This document shows, one piece after another, positions 24,480 to 33,457 of a stretch of DNA of 50,516 nt. The DNA is from a virus (taxonomy: Duplodnaviria > Caudoviricetes), in the IMG/VR virus record IMGVR_UViG_3300044834_000021, positions 1 to 50,516 of that record, one strand, 5' to 3'. Every line of letters starts with the position of its first letter. Position 1 is the first letter of the stretch. The notes under the pieces are model-generated. The model searched no databases. It was not told where the DNA came from and was given only the letters and a program-made list of their open reading frames with translations. A program made the position numbers and the translations under genes.

Positions 24480-24868
24480 CGGCGTGACGCTAGGGCCATC
24501 GCGAGCGTCTCGGGTGTCGAGGTGCCGTTGTGATCCGATCCACCGATCTGCCGGGCACGTTCAAGGAAGCCGAAGGTCTCGATCTCGGTGAGCCACCGGG
24601 ACGGCGTGCAGCCGTGCGGGCAGCGCATGAGGCGCGTCAGACCCCACAGGCGGCAGATCATCGGCCGCTTCTCGTAGACGCTGCACTCGCCCTCGACCGT
24701 GAGGAGCGGACAGAGCGCGTCCTCGCCGACCGGGCCGGGCTTGCCGATCCGCTCGAACTCCCATCGCGACATCATGATCGGGCCGCACGCGAGGGTGCAC
24801 CTCTTCTTGCACTCGATCTCGGGGAGTTCGGCGTAGAGCGCCTCCATGCGAGTCGTGCGGTTAGGCAA
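24476..24868 (-). CDS. YkgJ/CxxCxxCC Zn/Fe-chelating protein
   Basis: CKKRCTLACGP...CPLL...CSVYEKRPMICRLWG. Confidence 0.8.
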   Translation of the reverse strand: MPNRTTRMEALYAELPEIECKKRCTLACGPIMMSRWEFERIGKPGPVGEDALCPLLTVEGECSVYEKRPMICRLWGLTRLMRCPHGCTPSRWLTEIETFGFLERARQIGGSDHNGTSTPETLAMALASRR

Positions 24869-25199
24869 GAGGCTTGCCGTCCCACCCGAGGCGCTCGGCC
24901 TGCCACACGTTCTTCGGCGCGCCGCGCTTGCGCTTGTCCGCGATCGGCAGGATGGTGAGCGGACCCTCGACGCGCGCCGGGACCGCGACGGTCGGCTTGC
25001 GGTCGTGCAGGTTCCTCACCTTGCACACGTCCCGGTGCGTGAAGTACGCGCCGTACACGTCCCACGAGAAGTAGGCGGGCTGCCCGACCTTGATCGCCTT
25101 GCCGCACGAGTCGCAGCGATGCGCGGCCTCGGTCTGCACGAGGATCGTCGCCGTCTTGCGGCCCATCTCGCCCACGCTCATCGTGTTGAGGACGATCAC
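24861..25199 (-). CDS. Zn-binding hypothetical protein
   Basis: HRCDSCGKAIKVG...HRDVC. Confidence 0.6.
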   Translation of the reverse strand: MIVLNTMSVGEMGRKTATILVQTEAAHRCDSCGKAIKVGQPAYFSWDVYGAYFTHRDVCKVRNLHDRKPTVAVPARVEGPLTILPIADKRKRGAPKNVWQAERLGWDGKPLA

Positions 25200-25429
25200 C
25201 CCTTGAGTTCCTCCGCGATCTCGACCGTGACCGTGCGCTTGATCCGCACGCGCTTCGAGGAGAGCGTGATGTGCTTGGCCTCGAAGATGTGATCCACGCC
25301 GACCCGCTCGGCCTTCGTCTGCGAGCCGTGATACTTGTTGCCGTTCTCGTCGGGGAGGTCCTTGCCGTGTTGCTCGCAGCGCACGATGTAGACCTTGCGG
25401 ACGCTCCCCTTGCCCTTCTTCTTATCCAT
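25196..25429 (-). CDS. Basic hypothetical protein
   Basis: MDKKKGKG start; coupled to its neighbours. Confidence 0.5.
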   Translation of the reverse strand: MDKKKGKGSVRKVYIVRCEQHGKDLPDENGNKYHGSQTKAERVGVDHIFEAKHITLSSKRVRIKRTVTVEIAEELKG

Positions 25430-26069
25430 TGCGGCGCGTCGTGTCGAGCACGGCCCTTTCGAGATCGGTGAGGTCCCACGTCGCGACGACGACGAAGAGG
25501 TCGGCCGTGATCTGCCGCAGGAGCGCCGGGTCGCGCGGCGCGCGCGGCGCTCCGGGCTGCGAGGTGATGTGCCACTTCTCCACCTCGAAGAGGACGTGGT
25601 GCTTGGTGAGGTCCTCGGGGCGAATGTCGGGCGGCACCACCGGCACGATCGCCGTGGCATCGACGGTGTGCCACGTCTGCGTGTTGCCGGAGTTGCGCCG
25701 GTTCCACTCGTTCCAATCGACAAGGCTTTGCGGCAGTCTCCCCGTGATCGTGCCCTCGCCGAAGGAGAAGTGCTCGCCCTTCTTCGATCCCGAGGACATC
25801 GCGATGGAGCCGCGCAGGTTGACGGTGCACGTGATCTTGCGCGCGTCCGCGCGCGCGATCGCGAGACGCGGCAGACCTTCGTTGTCGAGACCGGCGTCGG
25901 CCATGAGTTGCCGAAGCGAGACCACGCGCTTGCCGAGCGCGATCGCGCGGTAGCCCCTCGCGATCTGCTGATCCTCCGCGCTCGCGAGACCCTTCGCCTT
26001 GCTCGCCCGGTACATCTTGTACGCCTCGCGGGCCTCGTCCTTGTCCATCCCGATCGTCGAGAGTTTCAC
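25422..26069 (-). CDS. Conserved phage hypothetical protein
   Basis: VPVVPPDIRP...DPALLRQI...VVATWDLTDLERAVL; SD GAGGAGG. Confidence 0.7.
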   Translation of the reverse strand: MKLSTIGMDKDEAREAYKMYRASKAKGLASAEDQQIARGYRAIALGKRVVSLRQLMADAGLDNEGLPRLAIARADARKITCTVNLRGSIAMSSGSKKGEHFSFGEGTITGRLPQSLVDWNEWNRRNSGNTQTWHTVDATAIVPVVPPDIRPEDLTKHHVLFEVEKWHITSQPGAPRAPRDPALLRQITADLFVVVATWDLTDLERAVLDTTRRNG

Positions 26070-26296
26070 TTGGTCGCCTCCTCTTTTCTTCGCTCGTCTT
26101 CTTCCTTGACGAACTCCCACGGCCGCACGGTCGCGCCCGGCACCATCGCGCACGCGACCTTCCACTCATTCATCGCGTCGTCCCAACTCATCGGTGCGGA
26201 GTGCTCGCCGGGCGCGATCTCGACGACGTAGAGCGCGTTGGGATCGCGGCTCGGCGGCGCGATGATCTTGCGAGCGCGCGGGGGGTAGCGATTCAT
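26066..26296 (-). CDS. Hypothetical protein
   Basis: 76 aa ORF coupled to the next gene. Confidence 0.5.
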   Translation of the reverse strand: MNRYPPRARKIIAPPSRDPNALYVVEIAPGEHSAPMSWDDAMNEWKVACAMVPGATVRPWEFVKEEDERRKEEATK

Positions 26297-26410
26297 CCTT
26301 CGGCCACCGCATCGCGACGAGTTGGTCGAGGCCCACGAAGATCATCACCATGAGGAAGATGAAGGCGAGCCATTCGAGAGTCCCGGCGGATGACCACGAG
26401 AGGATCAAGA

Positions 26411-26661
26411 GGCCGAGGTGGCGGCGGGTCCCGGCGAAAGCGTGACCTCGGAAGGGAGACCAACTCCGCTACCCGCCGCCGTTGCCCTCGGTTGCGCACC
26501 GAGTCTAAGAGACGAGGGTGCGCTCCGCTCACCCCGATCGCGAGCGTCGAGACCGGCTCCGCCGTTTCGCAGGGGAGGCAGGGTGCCTTTCGCTGCGCCG
26601 ACGCGAGTTCGTTGCACGTTCCACGTCGGAACGAGGGAGCCGGTCGCGACGAGCGCGATCG
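26411..26661. ncRNA. Candidate structured RNA (two multi-stem domains)
   Basis: GGCGGCGGGT/ACCCGCCGCC stem, plus a ~26-bp imperfect stem (26535-60 with 26636-61) enclosing smaller hairpins. Confidence 0.4.
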
Positions 26662-26820
26662 TCATAGCGGGATCACTTGGAGGTGCAGGCCCATCGCGTC
26701 CGCGATGGTGAGGAGTCGCGTCACGTCCTTCTCGCAGATGATCGCCTCGTTCTTGCCCGGCCACGTGTAGCGGAACGCGCCCGGATTAGTGCAGCCGGTT
26801 TGATCGCAGTTTTTCGTCAT
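26662..26820 (-). CDS. Small hypothetical protein (52 aa)
   Basis: MTKNCDQTGC...RYTWPG...ADAMGLHLQVIPL*; ATGA overlap. Confidence 0.6.
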   Translation of the reverse strand: MTKNCDQTGCTNPGAFRYTWPGKNEAIICEKDVTRLLTIADAMGLHLQVIPL

Positions 26821-27050
26821 CGGCGTGGCTCGTCGTAGTCGCCGTTGCGCACCTTGTCCGCAAGATCGATGAGGCCCATCTCGCGGAGGTCGCGGTCGAG
26901 CGCGATCTTGGGTGTCGCGATCGTGGTCTCGAAGTCGTGATAGTGGCCGCGCTGCGCGCGCTTGAGGACCTCGGCCTTGTGATCGAGGTAGCGCAGCGGC
27001 ACGGATGCGGCCTTGAGATCGCGAACGAACTCAACCTTCGTGCTTCCCAT
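26817..27050 (-). CDS. Hypothetical protein
   Basis: SD GGAAGGAGG; GHYHDF...NGDYD. Confidence 0.7.
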   Translation of the reverse strand: MGSTKVEFVRDLKAASVPLRYLDHKAEVLKRAQRGHYHDFETTIATPKIALDRDLREMGLIDLADKVRNGDYDEPRR

Positions 27051-27486
27051 GATCTCCTCCTTCCGAGTGTTCGCGCATTCTACGCTCCGTGATGAGCGCG
27101 ATCGAGGAGCGCAGATCGTGCAGCCCTTGCACGCTGCGCCGGGTGCCGAGGTCGATCACGTTGTCGCGCTCGGCCTTGCTGATCTCGCGCTCGACCTCGC
27201 CGATCTTCGCGCAGAACATCCGCGCGACCTCCTCGGTGAACGCGACCGCGTGGTACGGCGCGCTCGGGTGGCGATCGTCCTTCGCCTGCGCCGCGAAGGT
27301 CGCGACCGCGTAGTACAGGAGCGTGGGGTCCATGCCCTTCTCGTAGAAGAGACGCCATCGCTCGACCGCGATCCCGACCTCCTTCTTGAAGGGCGAGAGC
27401 GCAGCCCACGCGCCCGCGACCTCGTAGGAGAAGTCATCGCGCGGGTTGCTCGGTGCGGGCGCGATAGCGCGCTTACTCACGCGCAC
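27031..27486 (-). CDS. Hypothetical protein (possibly replication-associated)
   Basis: 151 aa helical ORF next to DnaA-box-like sites. Confidence 0.55.
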   Translation of the reverse strand: MRVSKRAIAPAPSNPRDDFSYEVAGAWAALSPFKKEVGIAVERWRLFYEKGMDPTLLYYAVATFAAQAKDDRHPSAPYHAVAFTEEVARMFCAKIGEVEREISKAERDNVIDLGTRRSVQGLHDLRSSIALITERRMREHSEGGDHGKHEG

Positions 27487-27797
27487 GGATTCCTTCGACC
27501 GAGGCAGTCCCGTGAGTGCGTCTTGCAGACCGTGAGGTACACCCCGTCCTCTCTTCTGAGGAACTCGACCGCGTGGCCGACGATCTGTTCCGGCTCCTCA
27601 TCGGGCCAAAGCGTTGTCTGAATGGCGAGCCGCCGAGGCGGCTCAACCTCGTCCTTCGTCCTCTTGGTACGTTGGGTCGCTTGCGCACGCGGCGGTATCG
27701 TGCGCCGGGATAACTCGCGCTGCATCCCCAATGGCTCCACAATCTCGTCAACATCGCTTTGTGCTCGGGCGGCCGAGTTGTCCACACACTTCTCCAC
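27477..27797 (-). CDS. Hypothetical protein
   Basis: 106 aa; the 5' part has atypical composition and overlaps the DnaA-box-like sites. Confidence 0.35.
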   Translation of the reverse strand: MEKCVDNSAARAQSDVDEIVEPLGMQRELSRRTIPPRAQATQRTKRTKDEVEPPRRLAIQTTLWPDEEPEQIVGHAVEFLRREDGVYLTVCKTHSRDCLGRRNPCA

Positions 27798-27798
27798 A
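27778..27798 (+). promoter_or_regulatory. DnaA-box-like pair
   Basis: TTGTCCACA (27778-86) and TTCTCCACA (27790-98) in a lower-GC tract. Confidence 0.35.
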
Positions 27799-27925
27799 AT
27801 GTCGATAACTTCGGGCGGCGATTTCTGTCACCCCCGAGGTCGGCCGACCATAGCAAAGGGCCGGGGCGATACCGTTCTTCGGCGCACCCCGGCCCCTGCC
27901 ACACAACCCTCTCCCCTAGCGCGGC

Positions 27926-28306
27926 TTAGTCGCTGCCCTTGTCGTCGTCGGTCGTCTTCTCGTCCTTGCCGGTCTCGTCCTCGACCTCGGTCGTCTTCTC
28001 CGAGGTCTTCTCGGTGGTCTTGCCGGTGATCCGCTCGCTCGGCTTCTCGGTCTCGGTGCCGGACTCGTTGGTGCCGGGCTGCGTGGTCTTCTTCTCCTGC
28101 ACGGTCTCTCCTCCTTCCTTCGGTGCTTCGGCGTAGATCGCATAACCCGCGACCGGGCAATGGGCGATGTAGCGCGCGAGGATCATGCGCCGCCGATCGC
28201 GCGGGTCCACCACCTCGCGCGGCGTGAGCAGTTCGCCGAGCGGCAGATCGACGTGATCCTGCCCGCACCGGCAGTTGCGAACGTCGAGGGTCGTGGTGGG
28301 ATTCAT
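27926..28306 (-). CDS. Hypothetical protein: Cys/His N-domain plus Thr/Glu/Lys low-complexity tail; internal in-frame start at 28102
   Basis: ATG 28306 by ATGA overlap; strong SD GAAGGAAGGAGGAG before GTG 28102. Confidence 0.55.
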   Translation of the reverse strand: MNPTTTLDVRNCRCGQDHVDLPLGELLTPREVVDPRDRRRMILARYIAHCPVAGYAIYAEAPKEGGETVQEKKTTQPGTNESGTETEKPSERITGKTTEKTSEKTTEVEDETGKDEKTTDDDKGSD

Positions 28307-28488
28307 CGCCGCCCCATCGGCAGGAGATCGGGCCGGTCCTCGATCGGGCGGCCGAGGTGCACGGTCTTGATGTGCTCGTCGAGACACACGCCCTTGTCGA
28401 AGTGCGAGACCTCGCCGAGGCTGCGCAGGCAGACGATGTTGTCGCGACCGACGGCAGGGATCGGGCTGCCGCAGAAGGAGCACGTCAT
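28303..28488 (-). CDS. Small Zn-binding protein
   Basis: CSFCG...H...C...H. Confidence 0.55.
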   Translation of the reverse strand: MTCSFCGSPIPAVGRDNIVCLRSLGEVSHFDKGVCLDEHIKTVHLGRPIEDRPDLLPMGRR

Positions 28489-28688
28489 ACGCGCTCCTCT
28501 CGCGCTGCGTGCGTGCCGAGGATCATCGCGAGCACGACCGCGATCGCGATGAGTGCGGCGATGAGGTACTCGTCGGCGACGAGGAGCGCCGTGTCGATGA
28601 ACAACGCGACCGCGATCCCCACGGTGAAGACCATGACGAGCAGGGCGAGGATGCCGCCGAACGCCTTACTCATCGTCCTCTTCGTCAC
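28485..28688 (-). CDS. Two-TM membrane protein
   Basis: Two hydrophobic stretches. Confidence 0.6.
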   Translation of the reverse strand: MTKRTMSKAFGGILALLVMVFTVGIAVALFIDTALLVADEYLIAALIAIAVVLAMILGTHAAREERV

Positions 28689-28869
28689 TCTTGTCCGCGC
28701 CCTCCATCGGACGCTCCTTGTCGGCGTCGAGGACCCAATCGAGCGCGGCCTGCACGCCGTCCTCGTATGACATCCCCGGCCAATTCGATCCGCCCTCGTC
28801 CTGCTTCTTGACCGCGAGATTGATCTCCTCGCCGATCTCGTCGTCGGTCGGTCTCTTATTCGCCATCAT
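28666..28869 (-). CDS. Acidic hypothetical protein
   Basis: WPGMSYEDGVQAALDWV motif. Confidence 0.65.
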   Translation of the reverse strand: MMANKRPTDDEIGEEINLAVKKQDEGGSNWPGMSYEDGVQAALDWVLDADKERPMEGADKSDEEDDE

Positions 28870-29584
28870 CGACCTCCTCGCCGTTGACCGGCACGAGGCC
28901 GGACTCTACCTGCTCGGGCGTGGGATCGAGGTGCTCGACCTTGACCGGCGTGAGTCCGCGCTTCACGAGCGCCTCAAGTTCCTCCTCGGTCTCATCGCCC
29001 TTCACCACGTACTCGATGCGCTCGGGCTTGAACACCCGGAAGATGCCGGGCGTGAACTTGACCTCGCCGCGCCCGAGTTCCTTGTTGTCCACGATCGCCA
29101 TGATCGCCTTCCGGTGACCGAGGAAGACCCACGTCTTGCCGACCTCGAAGTCGCGAGGCACCTGCGAGATGCGGCGGCTCACGCCCATGCGCGCCGCCTC
29201 CTCGGTGAAGTGCGCGACCGTCGGGTAGAACTTCTCGCCGATCCACAGGAGGCCGACCTTCGTGAGGTCCTTGCCGTCGTCATCGAGGACCGTGCGGACG
29301 TAGCCCTCGCCCTTGATCTCGGTCGAGCGGCGCGATCCGAGCGGGCAGCGCCGGTCGTGTTGCTCGGTGCCGTGCTTGACGTGGCCGAAGAACTCCTCGC
29401 CGTCGATCCACGCGAAGCCGCGCGCGGGCTTGATCCCGCGCCTGCACGTCGGGCACTCCACCACGGGCAGCGGTAGCCGCTCACACGGCTCGCCTAGCCC
29501 GCCGCTCATGAGATAGAGGCCCCCGCCCTTCCTGTACCCGCAACCCCGTGGACCCTCTTGTAGGACCTGTACCTCGACCGCCAT
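28856..29584 (-). CDS. Conserved phage hypothetical protein (Cys-rich)
   Basis: RGCGYRKGGGLYL...LLWIGEKFYPT...GVSRRI. Confidence 0.75.
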   Translation of the reverse strand: MAVEVQVLQEGPRGCGYRKGGGLYLMSGGLGEPCERLPLPVVECPTCRRGIKPARGFAWIDGEEFFGHVKHGTEQHDRRCPLGSRRSTEIKGEGYVRTVLDDDGKDLTKVGLLWIGEKFYPTVAHFTEEAARMGVSRRISQVPRDFEVGKTWVFLGHRKAIMAIVDNKELGRGEVKFTPGIFRVFKPERIEYVVKGDETEEELEALVKRGLTPVKVEHLDPTPEQVESGLVPVNGEEVDDGE

Positions 29585-29847
29585 TACCCTGCCTCCTCTT
29601 CGATTACGCGGAACGTGATGCGACCTTCGAGCGAGGTCGTGCGCACGATGCACGTCGTGTCCTTGTCCAACCGCTCGAATACGAGCGGCGAGATCGTGAC
29701 CGGCCCGGTCACCTTGAGGATCGCCGCGAGCATGAGGCGCATCTCGCTCGCGTTGCGAAGAAGATCGCCCACGACCCCCGACGCCTCGTCGAGCGTGCCC
29801 TCGGCGGCCTCGGCCCGGAGTCTCCATATCTCCGACGCGCGCATCAC
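29584..29847 (-). CDS. Hypothetical protein
   Basis: Coupled ORF. Confidence 0.55.
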   Translation of the reverse strand: MMRASEIWRLRAEAAEGTLDEASGVVGDLLRNASEMRLMLAAILKVTGPVTISPLVFERLDKDTTCIVRTTSLEGRITFRVIEEEAG

Positions 29848-30044
29848 GGCGCGGTCACCTGATCGAGATACTCCCACGCGGCCGCCTCGAACTCGGCTTG
29901 CGTTGCCGGGTGTCGTCCGCGCACCCACTTGAGCCAATCGCAGAAGACCCACTCGAACGCGCCGCGACAGAACACGACGAGCGCGGAGTCACCCTCGACG
30001 AAGCGGTAGCCCAACTCGCGGACCTCGAAGCGTTGCCGCCTCAC
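29844..30044 (-). CDS. Hypothetical protein
   Basis: GTGA overlap; SD GAGGAG. Confidence 0.55.
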   Translation of the reverse strand: MRRQRFEVRELGYRFVEGDSALVVFCRGAFEWVFCDWLKWVRGRHPATQAEFEAAAWEYLDQVTAP

Positions 30045-31036
30045 TTCTTCTCCTCGGGGAAGAGGGCCTCGGTCTTCTTGCCGTTGCCGTTCTTCGGCTC
30101 CTCGAACTCCGGCGGCTTCTCGATCCCGATGGCGATGCGGATGGCCTGCACGTCGTCGGCTCCGCGCGAGGCGAAGTCGGCCCATAGGTCCTTCGCCGCC
30201 GTGCCCCGATAGCCGAGACCACGGAGCACCTTCTTGACATCATCGATCGTCTTCTTCGCGGCCGGGTCCTCCGCATCGACGAGCATCTTCCACGCCTTCG
30301 AGATCGGTTCGAGTTGCTCGGTCTTCACCGGATCGCCGTTGTCGGGCGGGCCTTGCTCGGCGACCTCTTCGGCGGGCGTCGGCGAGTGACCACCGAGGAC
30401 CGCGACCCATGAGTAGTTGAGGCGCGCGACCTTCGAGCCTGCGCGCGTCTGCGCCATTGAGCGCAGTTGGAAGAGAGGCACGGGGTCGGTGCCGATGAGC
30501 ACCTTCGCGCGCTTGCGGCGCTCGCCCTTGTCCTCGAACGTGGAGCGCCGATCGACAGGCCGCCCCGCGATCGCCTCGGGCGTGTCGTCCACCCACTCGT
30601 ACTTGTTCTTCTCGCGCCACTTCGGCTCGTCGGTGAGGCACGTCATCGAGGCGGAGATGTCGGTGCGCCTGCCCGTGCGGATGTCCACGAGGTACGCCAC
30701 GGCCTCGTAGCCGTACACGTGGACGGGCTTGCCGGGCACGATCTCGATGGTGCCGAGGTCGATGAAGCGCGTCTCGTCGATCGGTGTCGCGATCGCGCGG
30801 CCGAAGAACGTGGTGACGAGCGACCAATCCTCGAACTCTAGGTAGCGTTCGTTGTTCATCATCACCCGCTCCTTGAGCGGCTTGCGGTCCATGACCGCGT
30901 TGAGCGCCTTCGCGGCGCGCTCGCCGTCGCGGATGATGAGGTCGGGGTCGCGCGCGATCTGCGTGAACTGTCCCTCGATGATCGCGAGCGCGCTTTCCCT
31001 GCGCTCACTATCGGTTTCGCGTTCCTCTATCGCCAT
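30041..31036 (-). CDS. Putative single-strand annealing recombinase (RecT/Red-beta-like)
   Basis: RSMAQTRAGSK...GHSPTPAEE motif typical of phage SSAPs; size 331 aa. Confidence 0.6.
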   Translation of the reverse strand: MAIEERETDSERRESALAIIEGQFTQIARDPDLIIRDGERAAKALNAVMDRKPLKERVMMNNERYLEFEDWSLVTTFFGRAIATPIDETRFIDLGTIEIVPGKPVHVYGYEAVAYLVDIRTGRRTDISASMTCLTDEPKWREKNKYEWVDDTPEAIAGRPVDRRSTFEDKGERRKRAKVLIGTDPVPLFQLRSMAQTRAGSKVARLNYSWVAVLGGHSPTPAEEVAEQGPPDNGDPVKTEQLEPISKAWKMLVDAEDPAAKKTIDDVKKVLRGLGYRGTAAKDLWADFASRGADDVQAIRIAIGIEKPPEFEEPKNGNGKKTEALFPEEKK

Positions 31037-31069
31037 CGTTGGTCTCCTATCCTTCCGAGTCCGCAGACT

Positions 31070-31633
31070 CTAGCGCGTCTTGATCTCGACCGTTGGCTCG
31101 GCCCTGCGGCGGAGCGTGTCGATCTTCTCCTTGACCTCTTTGCGCGCGACCTTGTAGATCGCGTTGATGCCGGTGTGATTCACGACGAGGCGCACCGGGG
31201 GCTTGCCGCACTTCGGGCAGGCCGGGAACGCCATCCACTCGTGGCCGTCGTGCGAGCACTTGAGCGCGAACTCGACCGCCGTGTCCGCGATCGCCTTGTC
31301 GAGTTGCTCCTGCGTGAAGTCGTCGCCGACGTAGGTCGTGAGGAACTTGAGGAGCGCGCGGGCTTCCCACTCTTCCATCTGCCACGCGCCATCCTTGAGG
31401 CCGTACACGGTCGCGCCGTACACGCGCTGCCTGCCCTCGCGGTCCTTGAGGTGCGCGCGGACCATCATCTCGCCGAGGCCCTTGATCTCCATGAGCCGCC
31501 GGATGCGACGATGCACCTCGGGCAGGATCGCGAGCGAGACTTCGAGATCGATGAGCGGCGACACGACCTTGACCTCGGGGTCGAGGAGGAGGTCCACCTC
31601 TTTGTCGGGCGTGGTCGCGAGTCCTCGCTTCAC
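31070..31633 (-). CDS. Hypothetical protein with Zn ribbon
   Basis: CSHDGHEW...CPKCG; upstream of the SSAP. Confidence 0.6.
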   Translation of the reverse strand: MKRGLATTPDKEVDLLLDPEVKVVSPLIDLEVSLAILPEVHRRIRRLMEIKGLGEMMVRAHLKDREGRQRVYGATVYGLKDGAWQMEEWEARALLKFLTTYVGDDFTQEQLDKAIADTAVEFALKCSHDGHEWMAFPACPKCGKPPVRLVVNHTGINAIYKVARKEVKEKIDTLRRRAEPTVEIKTR

Positions 31634-31998
31634 CTGAGCCTCCCCGAGCGGAAGGCGTGCGCGACGAGCGCCGCGCGCGAGTCCACCCCGGCCGCCTCGA
31701 AGAGTGCGTCGAGGGTGTTCTTCACGTAGTCAGTCGAGTAGCCGAGCGCCTCGGCGATCTCGGGGTTGGTGCGCCCGTCGGCGACGAGATCGAGGATGTG
31801 CTGCCCGAGCATCGCCTGCGAGTGCACGATCCCGCGCTGCACGAGGAGCCGCTCGATCGAGACGATCTCGGCGGTCATGAGGTTGGCGCGCTTCTGCCAC
31901 GTCTCCACGCGGCCGCGCGCCTTCGTGCGTTGCTTCGCGAGCCAATCGCGGCGGTCCACAAGGTCCTGCGTGGAACGCTCCTCGTTAGTCGCGATCAT
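31630..31998 (-). CDS. LuxR-family HTH transcriptional regulator
   Basis: ILDLVADGRTNPEIAEALGYSTDYVKNTL...GVDSRAALVAHAFRSG. Confidence 0.85.
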   Translation of the reverse strand: MIATNEERSTQDLVDRRDWLAKQRTKARGRVETWQKRANLMTAEIVSIERLLVQRGIVHSQAMLGQHILDLVADGRTNPEIAEALGYSTDYVKNTLDALFEAAGVDSRAALVAHAFRSGRLR

Positions 31999-32404
31999 CG
32001 CCGCCCTCCCATCCCGGCATCGCGTTGTGCGAGGTCGTGGACTTGAGCCACCGCTCCATGAGACGGCCGCGCTCGATGATCTCGGCCTGCGTCAACTCGA
32101 CCGTGATCTGCTTGGGCAGCGCGTGCTCCCACCCCCTGAGCGTGGACTCGCGCACGATCGAGAACTCGCAGATGCCGCACACGGATCGGAGCGGCTTCAC
32201 CTCGGGCGGCAGGACGGCTTCGACGTACTCCTGCGCGTTCCTCGGCGCGCGGTCGCGGCCGCACTTGCAGAAGCCGTCCGGCTGCGTCGGGTCCATGAAG
32301 AAGCACGGGCGCTCGCCCCACTCGATCGTGTGATGGTCGAGGTGCTTACAGTCGGGGCAGCGCCGGGGTCGCTCGTTGTGGAACAGTCCGACGAGATGCT
32401 TCAC
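31985..32404 (-). CDS. Cys-rich hypothetical protein
   Basis: CPDCKH, CKC, CGIC; SD GGAAGGGAGG. Confidence 0.65.
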   Translation of the reverse strand: MKHLVGLFHNERPRRCPDCKHLDHHTIEWGERPCFFMDPTQPDGFCKCGRDRAPRNAQEYVEAVLPPEVKPLRSVCGICEFSIVRESTLRGWEHALPKQITVELTQAEIIERGRLMERWLKSTTSHNAMPGWEGGDDRD

Positions 32405-32431
32405 GCCCTGCCTCCCTTCCGAGTTGCGAGA

Positions 32432-32467
32432 AGTATATGGCTCATATACTCGTCGTCAACTGTCGTC
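32432..32467 (-). promoter_or_regulatory. Repeat promoter copy 7 with an extra palindromic operator
   Basis: TTGACG-16-TATACT. GACGAC-agtt-GACGAC is shifted 10 bp upstream. Perfect inverted repeat AGTATATG-N3-CATATACT at 32432-32450. Confidence 0.8.
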
Positions 32468-33457
32468 GCCGTCCGCGAGTTCCATGAGCCGGTCGGCCTC
32501 CTCGTCCTCGGCCTTGCGCTCGGCCGTGCCCTCCTCGATCTCCTCCTCCACGCGGTCCTCGTCGAGCGTCGAGGCGATGTCGCCCCATTGCTCGGCCGCC
32601 ACGCGGAGCCGGGCGCGCGCGTCCTCTTCCTTCGTGACCGCCTCATCCCACGCATCCTGATCGCGCAGTTCGAGCACCTCGCGCCGGACGAGACCGACGA
32701 GCACGTTGGGGTCGAGGGCGTCCAACTCCCACGACTCATCGCCGTACTCGCGCTCATACGCCTCGAAGCGCGAGTCGGTCACCTTCGCGGGGTTGGGCGG
32801 CGGGTTGTACCGCTCGATCTGATCGGTGTTGAGCGCAAGCCTGCGGAAGTCGAGCGCCCGCACCCCGAAGATGCCGAGGCGGTTCTCGATGTCGCGGCTC
32901 ATATCCATGCCGCTCGGATCGTGGTCGCCGAAGTGCAGGATCGTGACCTTCTGCCCGGCACGCTCGAAGGCGCGGAGCCGGATCGATGCGCCCCACATCT
33001 CGGACTGCGACACGTAGCCCCGGCAGGACAGGTACGGCACGTCGAGCGGAACGCAGGCGCGCTCCATGATCCCGGCGAGGGCCTCCTTCTCGACCCACAC
33101 CTCGATGCGCTTGCCCTGCTCGGCCCACTTGTCGATGCGGAACGAGGACGCCGCCGACTTCACCACGTCGGCCGGATCGTCCCAATGCGAGACCTTCTCA
33201 AGTTCGCGCGTGCGGTCCACGATCGCGTCCCAATCGATGAGACCCGCCATGCGGCCATCGTCGATGATGCCGCCGAGCCGCTTGTATTCCTGCACGCGGT
33301 TGGGGATGAGATCGCGCGCGACGAATTGGTAGTAAATCTGCCGGAGCGTGAGCGTGAAGCCCTGCGCTTGGTACTCGCGGATGATCGCGTTTGCCTGCGC
33401 GATGATCTTCGCCTTGACCGGCGAGACGACCTGATCTGAATACCTGATCTTCGGCAT
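32456..33457 (-). CDS. Topoisomerase VI subunit A/Spo11-like wHTH+TOPRIM protein
   Basis: LTLRQIYYQ, IEVWVEKEAL, RGY, HFGDHDPSG, ELDAL; acidic tail; its stop lies inside the -35 box of copy 7. Confidence 0.8.
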   Translation of the reverse strand: MPKIRYSDQVVSPVKAKIIAQANAIIREYQAQGFTLTLRQIYYQFVARDLIPNRVQEYKRLGGIIDDGRMAGLIDWDAIVDRTRELEKVSHWDDPADVVKSAASSFRIDKWAEQGKRIEVWVEKEALAGIMERACVPLDVPYLSCRGYVSQSEMWGASIRLRAFERAGQKVTILHFGDHDPSGMDMSRDIENRLGIFGVRALDFRRLALNTDQIERYNPPPNPAKVTDSRFEAYEREYGDESWELDALDPNVLVGLVRREVLELRDQDAWDEAVTKEEDARARLRVAAEQWGDIASTLDEDRVEEEIEEGTAERKAEDEEADRLMELADGDDS

